Below are positions 50,463 through 63,300 of a DNA stretch of 64,000 nt, piece after piece. How positions within the stretch are numbered: the first letter of the stretch is position 1; each line of letters opens with the position of its first letter. The stretch covers positions 84,568,001 through 84,632,000 of the forward strand of contig NC_088796.1 of the NCBI RefSeq assembly GCF_011386835.1, in the 5' to 3' direction. A program made the translations under genes and the position numbers. Source of the DNA: Chrysemys picta bellii. Its lineage: Eukaryota. The notes under the pieces were generated by a model. The model saw only the letters and a program-made list of their open reading frames with translations. It had not been told where the DNA came from and made no database searches.

Positions 50463-50984
50463 CAGTAACTCCTCACTTAAAGTTGTTTCCGGTTAACATT
50501 GTTTCATTATTAGGTTGCTGATCTATTAGAGAACATACTTGTTTAAAGTTGCGCAATGTTCAGTTATAAGGTTGTTTGGCTTGCCCTATTCTGCCCGGGG
50601 AGTGGGGTTGGGGCACCGGGGCTTACCCACTCCACCTGCCTGACATTCCAGTCATGGAGCGGGTAAATCCCCGACCCCGCTCCCTGGCAGAAGTGCCGGG
50701 CAGGTGGAACGGGGCAAGCCCCTGCGCCCCGACTCCACTACATCCCTGCCTCAACCAAGCTTCACAATCAGGTTGGGGAGTCCAGTATTAAATTGTTTAA
50801 AATTATTTAAAACTTATACTGTATATGTATATAATGTCTTTTGTCTGGCAAAAAAAATTTCCATGGAACCTAGTCCCCCCCATTTACATTAATTCTTATA
50901 GGGAAATTGGATTCGCTTAATATCATTTCACTTAAAATAGCATTTTTCAGGAACCAAACTACAATGTTAAGCGAGGAGTTATTG
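50463..50984. mobile_element. Tigger-like (Tc1/mariner) non-autonomous element
   Basis: TIRs cagtaactcctcacttaa / ttaagcgaggagttattg; TA target duplication on both sides. Confidence 0.85.
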
Positions 50985-51944
50985 TATATTTTTTTTCTTT
51001 TAATAAGCAGATTAAATTATTACCAGCCATTCCCATCCACCCCTCTTCCTAGCTGTGGATAATTGGTTGAATCCGTATAGGCGTTTTAGTAGAAGTGCGC
51101 CTTCATCTCGAGTTAAATTAGCATATGTTAGTTTCTTTGGAACACCATCCCTTTTCTGATCCACATATAACGGCACAGTGGAATAAGATAAAATTCTATT
51201 AAGCTGAATTACTGAGCTCAGAGAGATGCATTCATTGGTAATTAACTTCACAGCTATTTGGTTAGCTGAATCTACAAGTTCATCTGTTGAAACAGGAAGA
51301 AATTGTAAACTGAAGAGACATAATAGCCATGGAACAAGGGATGGGGTTCGAAAGTGCAGCCAAACTGCTTGGTTCCAGGCTTAAGGAGCTTTTCGCAACT
51401 TTGCAGAAGCCTGGACTCCACTGGAGAAGTCTACAGAGGTTGTAAAGAGTACTGGATATTTACTTTATTAAAATAAACTAAAACTAAGGGAATTTCAAGG
51501 TGACGCTCCCCTCCCCCCTTCGTTTGTTTCTTGTTAGGGATGCAAAACTAAATATTCAAGAAGTTTTCTTCTGTAGTATACACAGACAAGCTAGAAATGC
51601 ATCTTCTGTTTTGTTAAATGTAAACTAATGTTGTATATGCTACGAAACAGGAAGTGTAATATGGTAGTTAGCCTGGGAGATCTTGACTTTAGGAATTTTG
51701 GTAATAGTGCATTAATTCTAGTTTCTCTTCTGTTTAAAGCAACTGCATATACAACTGTTGGTTCTGTACCAAAATAGGTACAGGGAAGTGTTAATAAAGC
51801 TTAGTTAATTGAATAAATTGGATAAAGGCACAAAAAATTAAAATCTTTAAAACGGTAAGATTTAGATTTAGTGACACAAGCTGGGGCATTTTGATTTGTG
51901 TTTAAAAAAAAAAAAAAAGCACCTTGAAACTAAAAATACAGAGT

Positions 51945-52480
51945 ATCAGGGGGTAGCCGTGTTAGTCTGTATCTACAAAAACAACAAGGAGTCTGGTGGC
52001 ACCTTAAAGACTAACAGATTTATTTGGGCATAAGCTTTCGTGGGTAAAAATCTCACTTCTTCAGATGCATAGAGTGAAAGTTACAGATGCAGGCATTATA
52101 TACTGACACATGAAGAGCAGGGAGTTACTATGCAAGTGGAGAACCAGTATTGACAGGGCCAATTCAATCAGGGTGGATGTAGTCCACTCCCAATAATAGA
52201 TGAGGAGGTGTCAATTCCAGGAGAGGAAAAGCTGCTTCTGTAATGAGCCAGCCACTCCCAGTCCCTATTCAATCCCAGATTAATGGTGTTAAATTTGCAA
52301 ATGAATTTTAGTTCTGCAGTTTCTCTTTGAAGTCTGTTTCTGAAGTTTTTTTGTTCAATGATAGTGACTTTTAAATCTGTAATAGAATGACCAGGGAGAG
52401 TGAAGTGTTCACTTACTGGCTTATGTATGTTACCATTCCTGATGTCCGATTTGTGTCCATTTATTCTTTTGCGGAGGGAC
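51945..52480 (-). mobile_element. 5'-truncated Penelope-like retroelement (GIY-YIG C-terminus plus 3' pseudo-LTR)
   Basis: LRKRINGHKSDIRNGNIHKPVSEHFTLPGHSITDLKVTIIEQKNFRNRLQRETAELKFICKF..LGLNRD is a Penelope endonuclease C-terminus; flanks share aaatacagagt. Confidence 0.9.
52028..52068 (-). ncRNA. Minimal type I hammerhead ribozyme motif in the Penelope pLTR
   Basis: - strand reads GCAU CUGAAGA A GUGAG-auuuuua-CCCAC GAA AGCU U AUGC: intact core, 4-bp stem I, palindromic AGCU stem III. Confidence 0.65.
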
Positions 52481-52896
52481 AAATACAGAGTGGGTAAAAA
52501 TACAGAGTGGGTGATTAGAGTATTTGAAGCAGTGCTGTGAGTTGCTACTCTGTTGATTACAGCAGTATAGATACAGGAGAGGTGAGAGATCATCCATAAA
52601 GGTAAAAAGCTACACCTTAAAAAAAAAATCCCTTAACTGTCAAATTCCTCACTTTATTTTCTTAACAGCTCATTATCAGTTCACTTAATATAGACAATGT
52701 GTTCTTTTGAAAGACATAACAAATAGTGCATGAATACAATGTCTACATCAGTGGAAATATATAATCACTCTTAGCTGGTACCAAATGTCGCAATATGTTA
52801 TATTATTGTCTGGGAAAGAATTCCCAGGAGAGGGAGGAAAAAAACTAAAGTTCCTGCAAATGTCAATTAAGATTCATAGACTAAACTCATTTAATG

Positions 52897-52927
<31 letters not shown>

Positions 52928-54648
52928 ATTTAGTAGATGCCCACATTTGAGCAGCCAGTGTGATGAAAATAAAATGGTTCTGGTTGAACTAAAAGCATCC
53001 AATCAAATGATGCCATACATGGGGAAGGTGTACTGAAGGGGTACAGCACCTAGTACTCTGGGGCCCTGATCCTGATGGAACCCTTTTGCACTAACATAAT
53101 ACAAATGAAATAACTTTGTAAAGGGACACTTAAGGCTTTTGGCATGGGAAACGTGAGAGGCAGTTCTTTTTTATGGAATAAGCACGTTAGCTAGACAATT
53201 CAATTAAGAAGTAAAATGGTTAACAATATTGATACTTAAATTTGCATTATTATATTGCAAAGTTACAATTTAATGTGTGAAAATTGGTTGGAAAAGAGTT
53301 AATGGGTAAATGGTTGCTATGAGGCTGTCTGAGGGACAAATGCTGCCAAAAGGGAGCCTGACACCAGTCTGTAACTTTGATCAGAGGAGTTAAAGAAAGT
53401 GAAGCAGGTTATCAAACTTATCCTGCTATAGTACTTTTTTAGGGAAATACTAAAAACGTAACCCTCAAAAAGGCTAAAGGTATGGTATTTGAACCACTAA
53501 TAAAATGAGCTTTCTCTCTTTGTTCTTGAAATTACAAATTATGCTCTTCCTCTTATATTGTAGAAGTCTTAACAAGCTAGATTTATCCTCTGTAAGAGTT
53601 CATTGGGAGTCTAGGGAACAGGTTTGTTCATGTTGAACAGCCATGTTCTGGTTGAAAATGTTTTTGATGGCATTCTTGGAATGCAGTACTCAGGTCACAG
53701 GCAACACATTAAAATGAATGTTTTGTGAATTTACTGTCCTCTTTCACAGAGAAATTTAACTTTGGGGAGGAAAGGGAAAACGGAACATAGAGAGGAAGAG
53801 AAGTGTGGTGGAATGGAGCTTTGCTTTTGTTTCTGATATTTTTAACATCTTTGATATGTTAGGATTTTTTAATTTTGCCCAACAATGCTGACTGGCTAAT
53901 AACAATGAACCAATTACCAAAGTTAGGTATTAATGAGTGAGGGGGATTTTGTGTGATGTACATGTACTTTTCTTCTTCACTGACTTTGCAGCTGTGTGTT
54001 TTGACTAATGCACTTTGTTGAAAGATGGTTTGGTTTATCTTTATCATAGCACTTACCGTAAACTTTCTCACTGCATAAATTCCAATAACTTATACAAGAA
54101 ATATGAATCATGATATGGCAGGAAAATACTATACCTGAAATTTCTTCATGTCACTAGGAGCATTAAACTTTTATCAGGTTAACTCTTTATTTTCCTTGTC
54201 TCCATCACAACATTTTAATGTACTCTCTGGTTCAGGTGATTATCCAGATCACTGATTGTTCCAATGCCACACTTAAGTTCATGTATTCTTCCTCATCTGC
54301 TGCTATAACACAATGTTCTGGTTTTCCTTTAAGATTTGGAGGAGCCTGTCCTTTATCTTCCAGTTTCAAGAATCCTGAAGCTCTGTTACATTTTGAAGCG
54401 CATAACCATTTGTCTTATATCTGTCTCAGCCTACTTCTCATTTTTTAAACTGGGTTACAGAAATTGTCTCATTCTGTTACAAGATACCAGAGCTATACGT
54501 TTCACTATTTTGAGTGCTACTATGGTGCTTCCCTTTTCTAGGGAAGTTCTCCTTTTAGAGGTCTTGTTAAATTCAATGTTCGGGGGGGGGGGGGGGGGGG
54601 AGAGAGAGTTCCTCTGAAGGAATTTTGAGTCCTGTAGGGAATTTCCAA

Positions 54649-54952
54649 GGCTGGGTCTACACTACCCGCCTGAATCGGCGGGTAGAAATCGACCTCTCGG
54701 GGATCGATTTATCGCGTCCCATCGGGACGCGACAATCGGTCCCCGAATCGATGCTCTTACTCTACCAGCGGAGGTAGGAGTAAGCGCCGTCGACGGGAAG
54801 CCACAGAGGTCGATTTTGCCGCCGTCCCTACAGCGGGGTAAGTCGGCTGCGATACGTCGAATTCAGCTACGCTATTCGCGTAGCTGAATTTGTGTATCTT
54901 AAATCAAAACCCCCCCCCCCCCCCCCCCCCCCCCCGTAGTGAAGATGTAGCC
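54649..54952. mobile_element. PIF/Harbinger-type MITE
   Basis: TIRs ggctgggtctacact / agtgaagatgtagcc; 3-bp TSD CAA; internal poly-C expansion. Confidence 0.87.
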
Positions 54953-56783
54953 CAAGACACACGGGGCTTGGAAGTATCTTGATTGTGGCAAGAAAGAGAT
55001 GAAAACTTTCTTCCTTTGTGTAATGGATGTGCTTTGTGATGGCATATTCATTTTACCACACTTTAAATATTTAACTTAATGCAGACAACTACTGTGTAAA
55101 TTTTCAGTATGACCACTTGAAGACCCTGTCCTGCAAACACTTAGGCACGTGCTTAACTGTTCTACGATGAGTAGTCCCATTGATTTAAATGGAAATGCTC
55201 ATGGTGGTAAAGTTTAATCATATGCAGCATCGGTTGCAGGATTGGCATTTGAGACTCTGGCTGCGGGAAGTCTGTGAGAATGAAGTTGTGGATTATGTAT
55301 ATAATTTATCAGTGTACCTTATTTCAAAGCTAGATGTCTGATTTTTGCCTGCATTAACCCGTTTTGACAGATACAGAACTTAATTTGATGTGTTTGTGTG
55401 CTTTTGGGAGAAGAGGTATGCAGCAGCAAACAAAAATAATTTAATAACCTCTGATGGTCAGGTTAGCAATTACTGTAGATTTATACACTTAGTGTCTACT
55501 CTAGGGAATTCTTTTAAAATCCCACCCATGACATGGTTCATCTGAATAGAATGTTTAAGTGAACTAACATGGTAATAAAAATACCTTGTTATAGGCCCTG
55601 ATTAAAGCACATTTACAATCACACGGTTCCCCTGGTATATCAAAGCCATTGAGCTGAGGAGGAACAGTAAGTCCATAACTATATTATGTGTTTTCATCAT
55701 AAGTGCTCTATAAACATGAATTAATGAAGCCTTAAAACACCCCCTCTGTGGTAGGTACTTGAACTGTTTTACATATGTTGTAGTTAAGGCAGAGGGACCA
55801 CAGAGGGGAAGGAGTGTGTATCAGAGCCAGTAAAGCAACGAGTTCCTGGGTCTCCAGTCCTTTGAAACTCTATTTCTCTTGACAAAGTTTAATCCTTTTT
55901 ATGATCATATGATTAAAATTGGAGAAAGTCGTCTTTGGAGCTTATTTAAAGATATGAGGTGTATTGTTCCAAGTTGAAAAATATATCGAAATAGTGAGTC
56001 AGGAAAAAACTCAAATCGCATGTTCAAATCTGTTGAGATTGGGAACTCCAATGCAGTTATTCAACATGGAATATAGTAATCTTTCTAATATGTAGCAAAG
56101 CACAGGTTGTAATTTAGTGCCTTTAATACCATGGAGCTAAATATATCAAAAGGAAAACTATATGAGAGAAATTTAAAGATCTACATACAGCATGTCATGT
56201 TGCTGTTTATGATGAAATCAGCTGATTAAGATCCATGTTGCTCATTTCTATGAACATATGCAGGACTTGAAAAATCACCTACTTGGATGGACAACTCTGC
56301 CTGTTTGTTTAGGGTGCCGAAGCCATCAACTTCTGGCAGAACTTAAGCTTGCATTTATTTTTGTCATGTTTCTATCCATTTGGCATGTGATGCTCTGCAG
56401 TATTGCCTTTCTGATTCTGAAGATAGACTACTGTAGTGCCTCTGCTGCTCAAACTTTCCTAAGTAGCTTGTAAGAATGATTAGTTTCACTTGGGCAGAAC
56501 AAAAGTCTCTGGACAGTGGTGAAACTGAAGGGAGAAATTAATTTTGCTGCTGCTTGGTAACCTACAAGCAACAGAAGAGATAGGAGCTGGAGTTATTCAC
56601 AGGGAAAGACCCTCCAAAAAAGGAGACTGGGGGTGGGATAGAGTAGTATAAACTTTTTTCCTGACACAGAGGAAGGTTAAGAGTGGGGAGATATTTCTCC
56701 TAATCCGCTGGAGGTTGGGGAAGCAGGTCTTCAGATATGCAAGAGTAACTCCTGAGGAAGCTTCATGGGCAGTACTCTTAGAC

Positions 56784-56911
56784 CAGTGGTTCTCAAACTA
56801 TTTACCGTGCGGCCCACAATGTGTTATATGGGCCGCATCCAATACTACCTGTATGGCCCTGAGGATGTCACGTGGGCTGCAGCCATGCCAACAGCAGGTT
56901 GAGAACCACTG
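56784..56911. mobile_element. Short hAT-type MITE
   Basis: TIRs cagtggttctcaa / ttgagaaccactg; perfect 8-bp TSD tcttagac. Confidence 0.92.
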
Positions 56912-57312
56912 TCTTAGACAAATTTAAGAAGCTTCCCCCTTCTCTGAGTGTGGAAGCTTGGCTTCTTCCTAGGGCATTGCCCCTGGACCTCATTGTTGGA
57001 TCTGCTCACTCCCCTCCACAAATGATTCATACTATAGCTGATAGGTTTAGAAAGCTAAAGCAACATATCAAATGGGAAATGGCTGGTGGCTTTAGTGGTC
57101 CTTTAGAGTGGTTGGGAGGGAAGGTTATTTATGTTGATGTGATCAATTTCTCTTACCCTAGTTACTTGGCTCATTCAGATCACCTTTAAAGTGTTTGGGT
57201 TTTTTAAATTGTAGGTCACCTTGAAAGCTTATTACTGTTTCAAAATGTTATGTAAATTGAGAAGTCACTTCAAAAGATATCTATTCATATTTAAATACCC
57301 CTTTATTTTTAG

Positions 57313-57408
57313 CAACAAGGTATTGGTCGACCAAGTGTGTACCATGCTGTCGTGGTCATATTCCTGGAATTCTTTGCCTGGGGACTATTGACAACTCCCA
57401 TGCTAAAA
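57313..57408 (+). CDS. MFSD14B: MFSD14B coding exon 2
   Basis: tatttttAG acceptor, QQGIGRPSVYHAVVVIFLEFFAWGLLTTPMLK, GTaagt donor; 96 nt. GRPSVYH and LTTPML match MFSD14B better than MFSD14A (GSPSVYH, LTAPTL) from recalled sequences. Confidence 0.95.
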
Positions 57409-58070
57409 GTAAGTATTGCCAGTACTGTTTCTCTTTCCTATGATAATGTCACAGCTCAGTTTGTTTACTTTGGAGATCCTGTTCATACTGTCTGGGGGAT
57501 CTGGTTTTAAATGAGTTTTATTTTATTCCCCGGTGTCTTAATAAAGCAGTTTGAGGTCTCTGACTCTTTTTGCTTATATCAAGCCATCTCGATTTGTACA
57601 GTTGGTATTCTGCTAAATGGGACCAGAGCTGGACTGTCAGAGGAACTGCAAGTTTGATCTGAAATTCATTGGCAGAGCACTTACAGTGTTGTATCTTAAG
57701 TCAGTGTTATCAGAGCCTCACTTTTTGTTCTTATAAAAATATTTAAAAGAAAAAATTAACTGCAGAGGTTTTATATTATAAAACAAAGACTTGAGTGTAT
57801 GCTTTATTTGCCAGTTATAACAATTTAATTATGGGCAGCGAAGATAATAATTTTTACTGCAATGTGGGCTGTTTGTTATATCAACGTAACATTTGTAGTA
57901 AAATTTATTAAAGATCTTCATGTTAGAAATAGATTTTACAGCTGCTTAAACCCTTATAGAAGGCAGCTACTCTCCAGATGGCTAGATCATTTAAAGGATT
58001 GGCAATAGGATATGGAGTCTTTTATCTTCAGGTTAGAGGTGTAAATTCTTTCCATATCAAGACCACCTAA

Positions 58071-58584
58071 GGGCTGGTCTACACTGAGGACTTATATTGG
58101 CATAACTACTATCTCTGAGAGGTCTGAAAAATCCACATGCTGAGATATGTGGTGTGGTTATTGTGACTTAACCCCTGCTGTAGACAGTGCTATGTTGATA
58201 GAATGTTTCTTTGACCTAGCTACTGCCCCTCCAGGAGGTGGATTAACTACAGTGATGGGAGAACCCTTTTGTGACTGTAGTGCAGGGGTTCTCAAACTGG
58301 GGGTTGGGACCCCTCACAGGGTCACCTGGTTATTACATGAGGGGTCGCGAGCTGGCAGCCTCCACCTCAAATCTCGCTTTGCCTCCAGCATTTATAATGG
58401 TGTTAAATATATAAAAAAGTGTTCTTCATTTATAAGGGGAGGTTGCACTCAGAGGTTTTTTATGTGCAAGAGGTCACCAGTACAAAAGTTTGAGAACCCC
58501 TGCTGTAGTGAGTGTCTACACTAAAGTGCTCCAGCAGTGCAGCTGCAGCTCTGTTGCTGTAGTGTATTAAGTGTAGACATGCTC
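58071..58584. mobile_element. Harbinger-type MITE carrying a nested hAT MITE
   Basis: TIRs gggctggtctacact / agtgtagacatgctc; flanked by TAA and TGA. Confidence 0.75.
58283..58502. mobile_element. hAT-type MITE nested in a Harbinger MITE
   Basis: TIRs caggggttctcaaa / tttgagaacccctg; perfect 8-bp TSD ctgtagtg. Confidence 0.92.
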
Positions 58585-58869
58585 TGAGTTATCAAACACC
58601 CTCTTAGTGATAAAGATATGCTAGTATTTCAGTCTTGTTTCTCATTGAAAAGTGTCCATATAATATCTTGGTCATCTTTCAACAGATTCAGAGTTCAAAG
58701 AGGCATGAAAACCAAAATTACTTTGTTCCCTAGGAGGGTTCGCCCAGAATAATGGTGGTGTATATTGTCATGACAGTGAAATGAAGCTTTTTATTTGATA
58801 ACTTTTGCTACATTGGCTCTTTAGATAGAGGGCTTAGGTTTCCAGTCCTGTTACTTTCAATGTAACTAA

Positions 58870-60245
58870 ATTAACTTTTAACTATATACCTATGTCTGGA
58901 CGGGACATCAAGCCCAGCCCCCTGTGCTGAGCCAGGACCGTCAGCTAGACCATCCCTGACACCTATTTGTCCTGTCAGTTTTTAAAAACCTCCAATGATG
59001 GGGATTCCACAGCCTCCCTTAGAAGCCTATTCCAGAGTTTAACTCGCTTTATAGTTAGTTTTTCCTAATAGCTAACCTAAAATTCCCTTGCTGTGGATAA
59101 AGCCCATTACATCTTGTCCTACCTTCAGTGCACATGGATAGTAATTGATCACAGTCCTCTTTATAACAGCTCTTAACATATTTAAAGCCTCTTATCATTG
59201 GCCCCCCTCAGTTTTTTCTTTTCTCAAGGCTACACATGCCCCCCCCCCCCTTTTTTTTTTAACCTCTCCTCATGTTCAGGTTTTCTAAATATTTTCTCAT
59301 GTTTGTTGTTCTCCCACTGGACTCTCTCCAGTTTGTTCACATCTTTCCTAAAGTGTGGTGCCCAGAACTGGACTACAGCTGAGGCCTGATTGAGGCTGAG
59401 TAGAGTGGTACAGTTACCTCCTATGGTTTACAACGCTCCTATTAATACATCCCAGAATATTATCCTTTTTCCCAACTGCATTGTTGACTCTCATTGTGAT
59501 CCACTATAACCCCCAGATCCTTTTTTGCAGTACTACTAACTGGCAATCCCCCATTTTGTAGCTGTGCATTTGATGTTTCTTTCCGAGTTGTAGAGCTTGC
59601 ATTTGTCTGTATTGAATTTAATTTTGTTAAAGTCAGACCAATTCTTCAATTCCTCAAGGTCAGTTTGAATTCTAATCCTGTACTCCAAAGTGCTTGCAAC
59701 AGTTTGGGGTCATCTGCAGATTTTATAAGAACATTGTCCACTCCATTATTCAAGTCATTTATAAAAATATTGGAAGTTGCAGACCCCTACTGGATGCCAT
59801 TAGGTATCCCCTCCCTATGTTGCAGCAAACCATGATAACTGCGTGTTGAGTATGGTCTTTCAACTAGTTGTGCATCCACCTTTTAGTAATTCCATCTAGA
59901 TCACATTTACTTTCTAGAATGTCATGTGGGACTGTGAGAAGCCTTACTAGAATGAAGATAAATCATGTCTACAGCCTCCCCAGTAGGCCAATAATTCTAT
60001 CAGTGAAAGAGATTGGTTTGGCATGATTTCTTCCTGACAAATCTGTGCTGGCTATTCTTTATAATCTTCTTATCCTCTAGATATGAATTGATTGTTTAAT
60101 AATTTGTTCCAGTATCTTTCCAGATATCGAATTTAGGCTGACTGGTTATAATTCTCTGGGTCTCTTCCCCCCCCCCCCTTTTTTTTTTTTTTAAGATAGC
60201 TACTTTGTACCTCCAGTCCTCTCAGATGTCAACCATCCTCCATGA
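58870..60245 (-). mobile_element. CR1 LINE, decayed, antisense
   Basis: Reverse complement of CR1 RT and 3'-end sequence (ggggtcatctgcagatttt = reverse-complement ADDT-motif region); many deletions and stops. Confidence 0.85.
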
Positions 60246-61260
60246 GTTATGTTAGAAAGAATCCCATAGATTTAGTAAAATCAAAGTTTTTTTAAACATC
60301 TAATTTACTTTCTACAGTTTTCTACCAAAACCAACTAAATATAAGAGAGAAAAGTAGTTGATACAGAAGTCTGGGACTTCATCAGAGTGGTGATGACTTC
60401 ATAGGAAAAAAGCTGAGATACTCTGTGTAAAATAATTATTTGATTTCTACTTTTGCTGGGCTTCTTCCTTTTATTTTTATGACAAGAGAGACTTGAAAGA
60501 AGTTTGGATCTTTTAAAAAGCTGATCTGCTGTCCCTCTTCTCCACCTGGAGTCCTAATTTTCTTTTTGTGATTTAAAAGATTAATTAAAAGCAGAAGCTG
60601 ATGAAAAGTTGATTTAAATAGCCGTGGTAATAAAAGAGGAGACGCATGAAAAACATAATCTTATCAGCAGAATTATCTCTAGAAAGAAAGCTATTAATGT
60701 TGCATAAACTGTGGCATAATGCTGTTTTTTGGTGTGTCATGTTTCTCATCAGTGGCTTTCAATATACATATAAATAACTTCTATGGATGTTGCCAACCCT
60801 GGTATAGAAATATACAGGTGCATTTTATTTGAGATTTTGTGAAGAGCTTGGAAAATTAGGCTGGTTTAAACAAGTAACATCCAGTTCTATTCCTAACACT
60901 AATCCATAAAACTTTTATATGCGCTTGTCTCCTTCTAATAGACAAAGCTAAGTTACAGCAATTGATAAAATGCCTCATGGGTAATATTCTAGCAAGTTTC
61001 TTCACATCTAATTAGAGTTTACTGGACTAGTTCAAGAGCAGGCATGTGATTATTAATGTGCTTTAATCAGGGCCTATAACAAAAATCCACTTGGTATGTA
61101 AAGAATGATTGGTTTATGCATAATTGTACTAGTAACCTTAGATTCCTCCCCTCCCTCCCCCCCCCCCTCCCCCCCAGCAACAGCTTCTATCTGCATAGCT
61201 GTTAGAGACCCAACAGGCTCTGTACTCATTGCAGTATAGTTAGCTATCTTCTTTTTTTCA

Positions 61261-61453
61261 AAAAGAACAGGAGTACTTGTGGCACCTTAGAGACTAACAA
61301 ATTTATTAGAGCATAAGCTTTCGTGGACTACAGCCCACTTCTTCGGATCCACGAAAGCTTATGCTCTAATAAATTTGTTAGTCTCTAAGGTGCCACAAGT
61401 ACTCCTGTTCTTCTTTTTGCGGATACAGACTAACACGGCTGCTACTCTGAAAC
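61261..61453 (-). mobile_element. Penelope pLTR-derived palindromic insertion
   Basis: Perfect 65-bp inverted repeat (61263-61327 / 61348-61412) with a 20-nt loop; 13-bp TSD cttctttttttca (61248-61260 and 61454-61466); homologous to the pLTR at 51945-52070. Confidence 0.9.
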
Positions 61454-62019
61454 CTTCTTTTTTTCACTAAGTTACTAACTTTTCAACATCCTTTCAAATA
61501 GTTTGTCATCCTGCCAATAAGAATAATTATAATCAAATTAGACTGAAAATGGTGTTCACCTAATATAGCAGTGCTTGGGCCAATTATTCGGGTATAATTG
61601 CACTACAGTATTTTGGTCTAACTATACTCGTATACTAGTATGAACCCCTATTTGGACACACTTATTCCAGGATAAGAGTGGCCTTTTCCCCCCGGTGTAG
61701 TTTAAATCCCTTCCCATACAACATGAGCTAAATAGAAGAAAAACACTTTTATCCTGGAATAGGTGACTGCTCAAGGATTATATCAGTATAAATATATTGG
61801 CATAAATTCATATATTATTTTACACCAATTTACTCCTGTAGACAAGTCCTAAGAGTTCTACTGCGAGTCTGATAAACTTTTAACAAGGCTTGGTGAAGTT
61901 GTATTTGTCCCCTTCTTATTGGTGAGAGAGGATTACATTTTTGTCATCATTTTTCTTTTCCCTTTTTTTGTTTCTTAATTCAGACACAACCTAAAATTTA
62001 ACATGTTCTTTCTCTTTAG

Positions 62020-62082
62020 GTCTTACATGAAACATTTCCTCAGCATACATTTCTAATGAATGGTCTTATTCAGGGTGTTAAG
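62020..62082 (+). CDS. MFSD14B: MFSD14B coding exon 3
   Basis: tctctttAG acceptor, VLHETFPQHTFLMNGLIQGVK, GTaaga donor; 63 nt, phase 0. The gene continues beyond the window. Confidence 0.95.
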
Positions 62083-62514
62083 GTAAGATTCTGAAATAAA
62101 CTGTTCAACATAATCTTTTTGTGCTTATGAGTTACAAAGATGTCCATGTTTCAGTCACTTTTTTCACTTCATTTTTTATTGTAATGTCTAGAATGCTGTG
62201 AATTGAAATAGATGTCTAAACCAGTTTTTTTCCTCATCCGTAAGTATTTTTTATAAGCTTATGCATCAGTTCGAAGGTGTTTGTTTGTTTTTAATTAACA
62301 TTTGAAGCATTTTCTGGAAACTTTTAAACAGCTTTATTTTGCAAACAGAGGTGGTATGTTGAACAACCTTGACAAGAACCATTTTCATAATATTTACAGT
62401 TTTAGTATTTATGCTCTTATTTTTCAAATTCTGAATTAATAAACAGTGCTAGCATGTGACAGATATTCACATTTCTCCCCCCTACTTCTTCCTCTGTCTC
62501 AGGTAAACCAGCAT

Positions 62515-62544
<30 letters not shown>

Positions 62545-62554
<10 letters not shown>

Positions 62555-63300
62555 AATGTACATAAGAATAGCCATACTGGGTCAGACCAATGGTCCATCT
62601 ATCCCAGTATTCGGTTTTCTGACAGTGGCCAATGCCAGATGATTCAGAAGGAATGAAGAGAACAGGGCAATTACTGAGTGATCTGTCCCTTCTTATATAC
62701 TCCCAGCTTCTGGTAGTCAGAGGCTTAAGGATACCCAAAGCATGGGGTTGAGTCCCTGGTCATCTTGGCTAATAGCCAGGGCACTACCAAATTCATGGTC
62801 CATTTTGGTCAATTTCACAGTCATAGGATTTTTAAAATTGTAAATTTCATGATTTCAGATATTTAAATCTGAAATGTCAGTGTTGTAACTGTAGGGGTCC
62901 TGACCCAAAAAGAGGCCGTGGGGGGGCGGGGGGTTGCAAAGTTATTGTACGGGGGGGTGGTACTGTCACCCTTACTTCTGCGCTGCTGCTGGCAGGGGCG
63001 CTGCCTTCAGAGCTGGGTAGCCCCCTCCCACACACACACAACCCCTTTTTGGGTTGGGACCCCCAGTTTGAGAAACTCTGGTCTCCCCCCCATAAAATCT
63101 GTATAGTATAGTGTAAAAGTACACAAAAGACCAGACTTCACGGTCCATGACGTGTTTTTCATGCCCATGAATTTGGTAGGGCCCTACTAATAGCCATTGT
63201 TGGACTTACCTACACCAAGAATTACCATGAATCTAATTCTTGGTGTAGAAGGTGGCTACAGGACTTTCTGTCTCTAGATTTGAGCATGCAATTTTTCGCT
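62545..63300 (-). mobile_element. CR1 3'-end fragment interrupted by a hAT MITE
   Basis: Reverse complement of the CR1 3' UTR and tail seen at 17870-18065; preceded by a poly-T run at about 62518-62549. Confidence 0.8.
62777..63186. mobile_element. hAT-type MITE nested in the CR1 3' fragment
   Basis: TIRs cagggcactaccaaattca / tgaatttggtagggcccta; perfect 8-bp TSD ctaatagc. Confidence 0.9.

Noticed and set aside
39012-62082. Assignment to MFSD14A
   Set aside because: Residues GRPSVYH, LTTPML and QHTF and the MSxEP N-terminus fit MFSD14B better; synteny or phylogeny should confirm.
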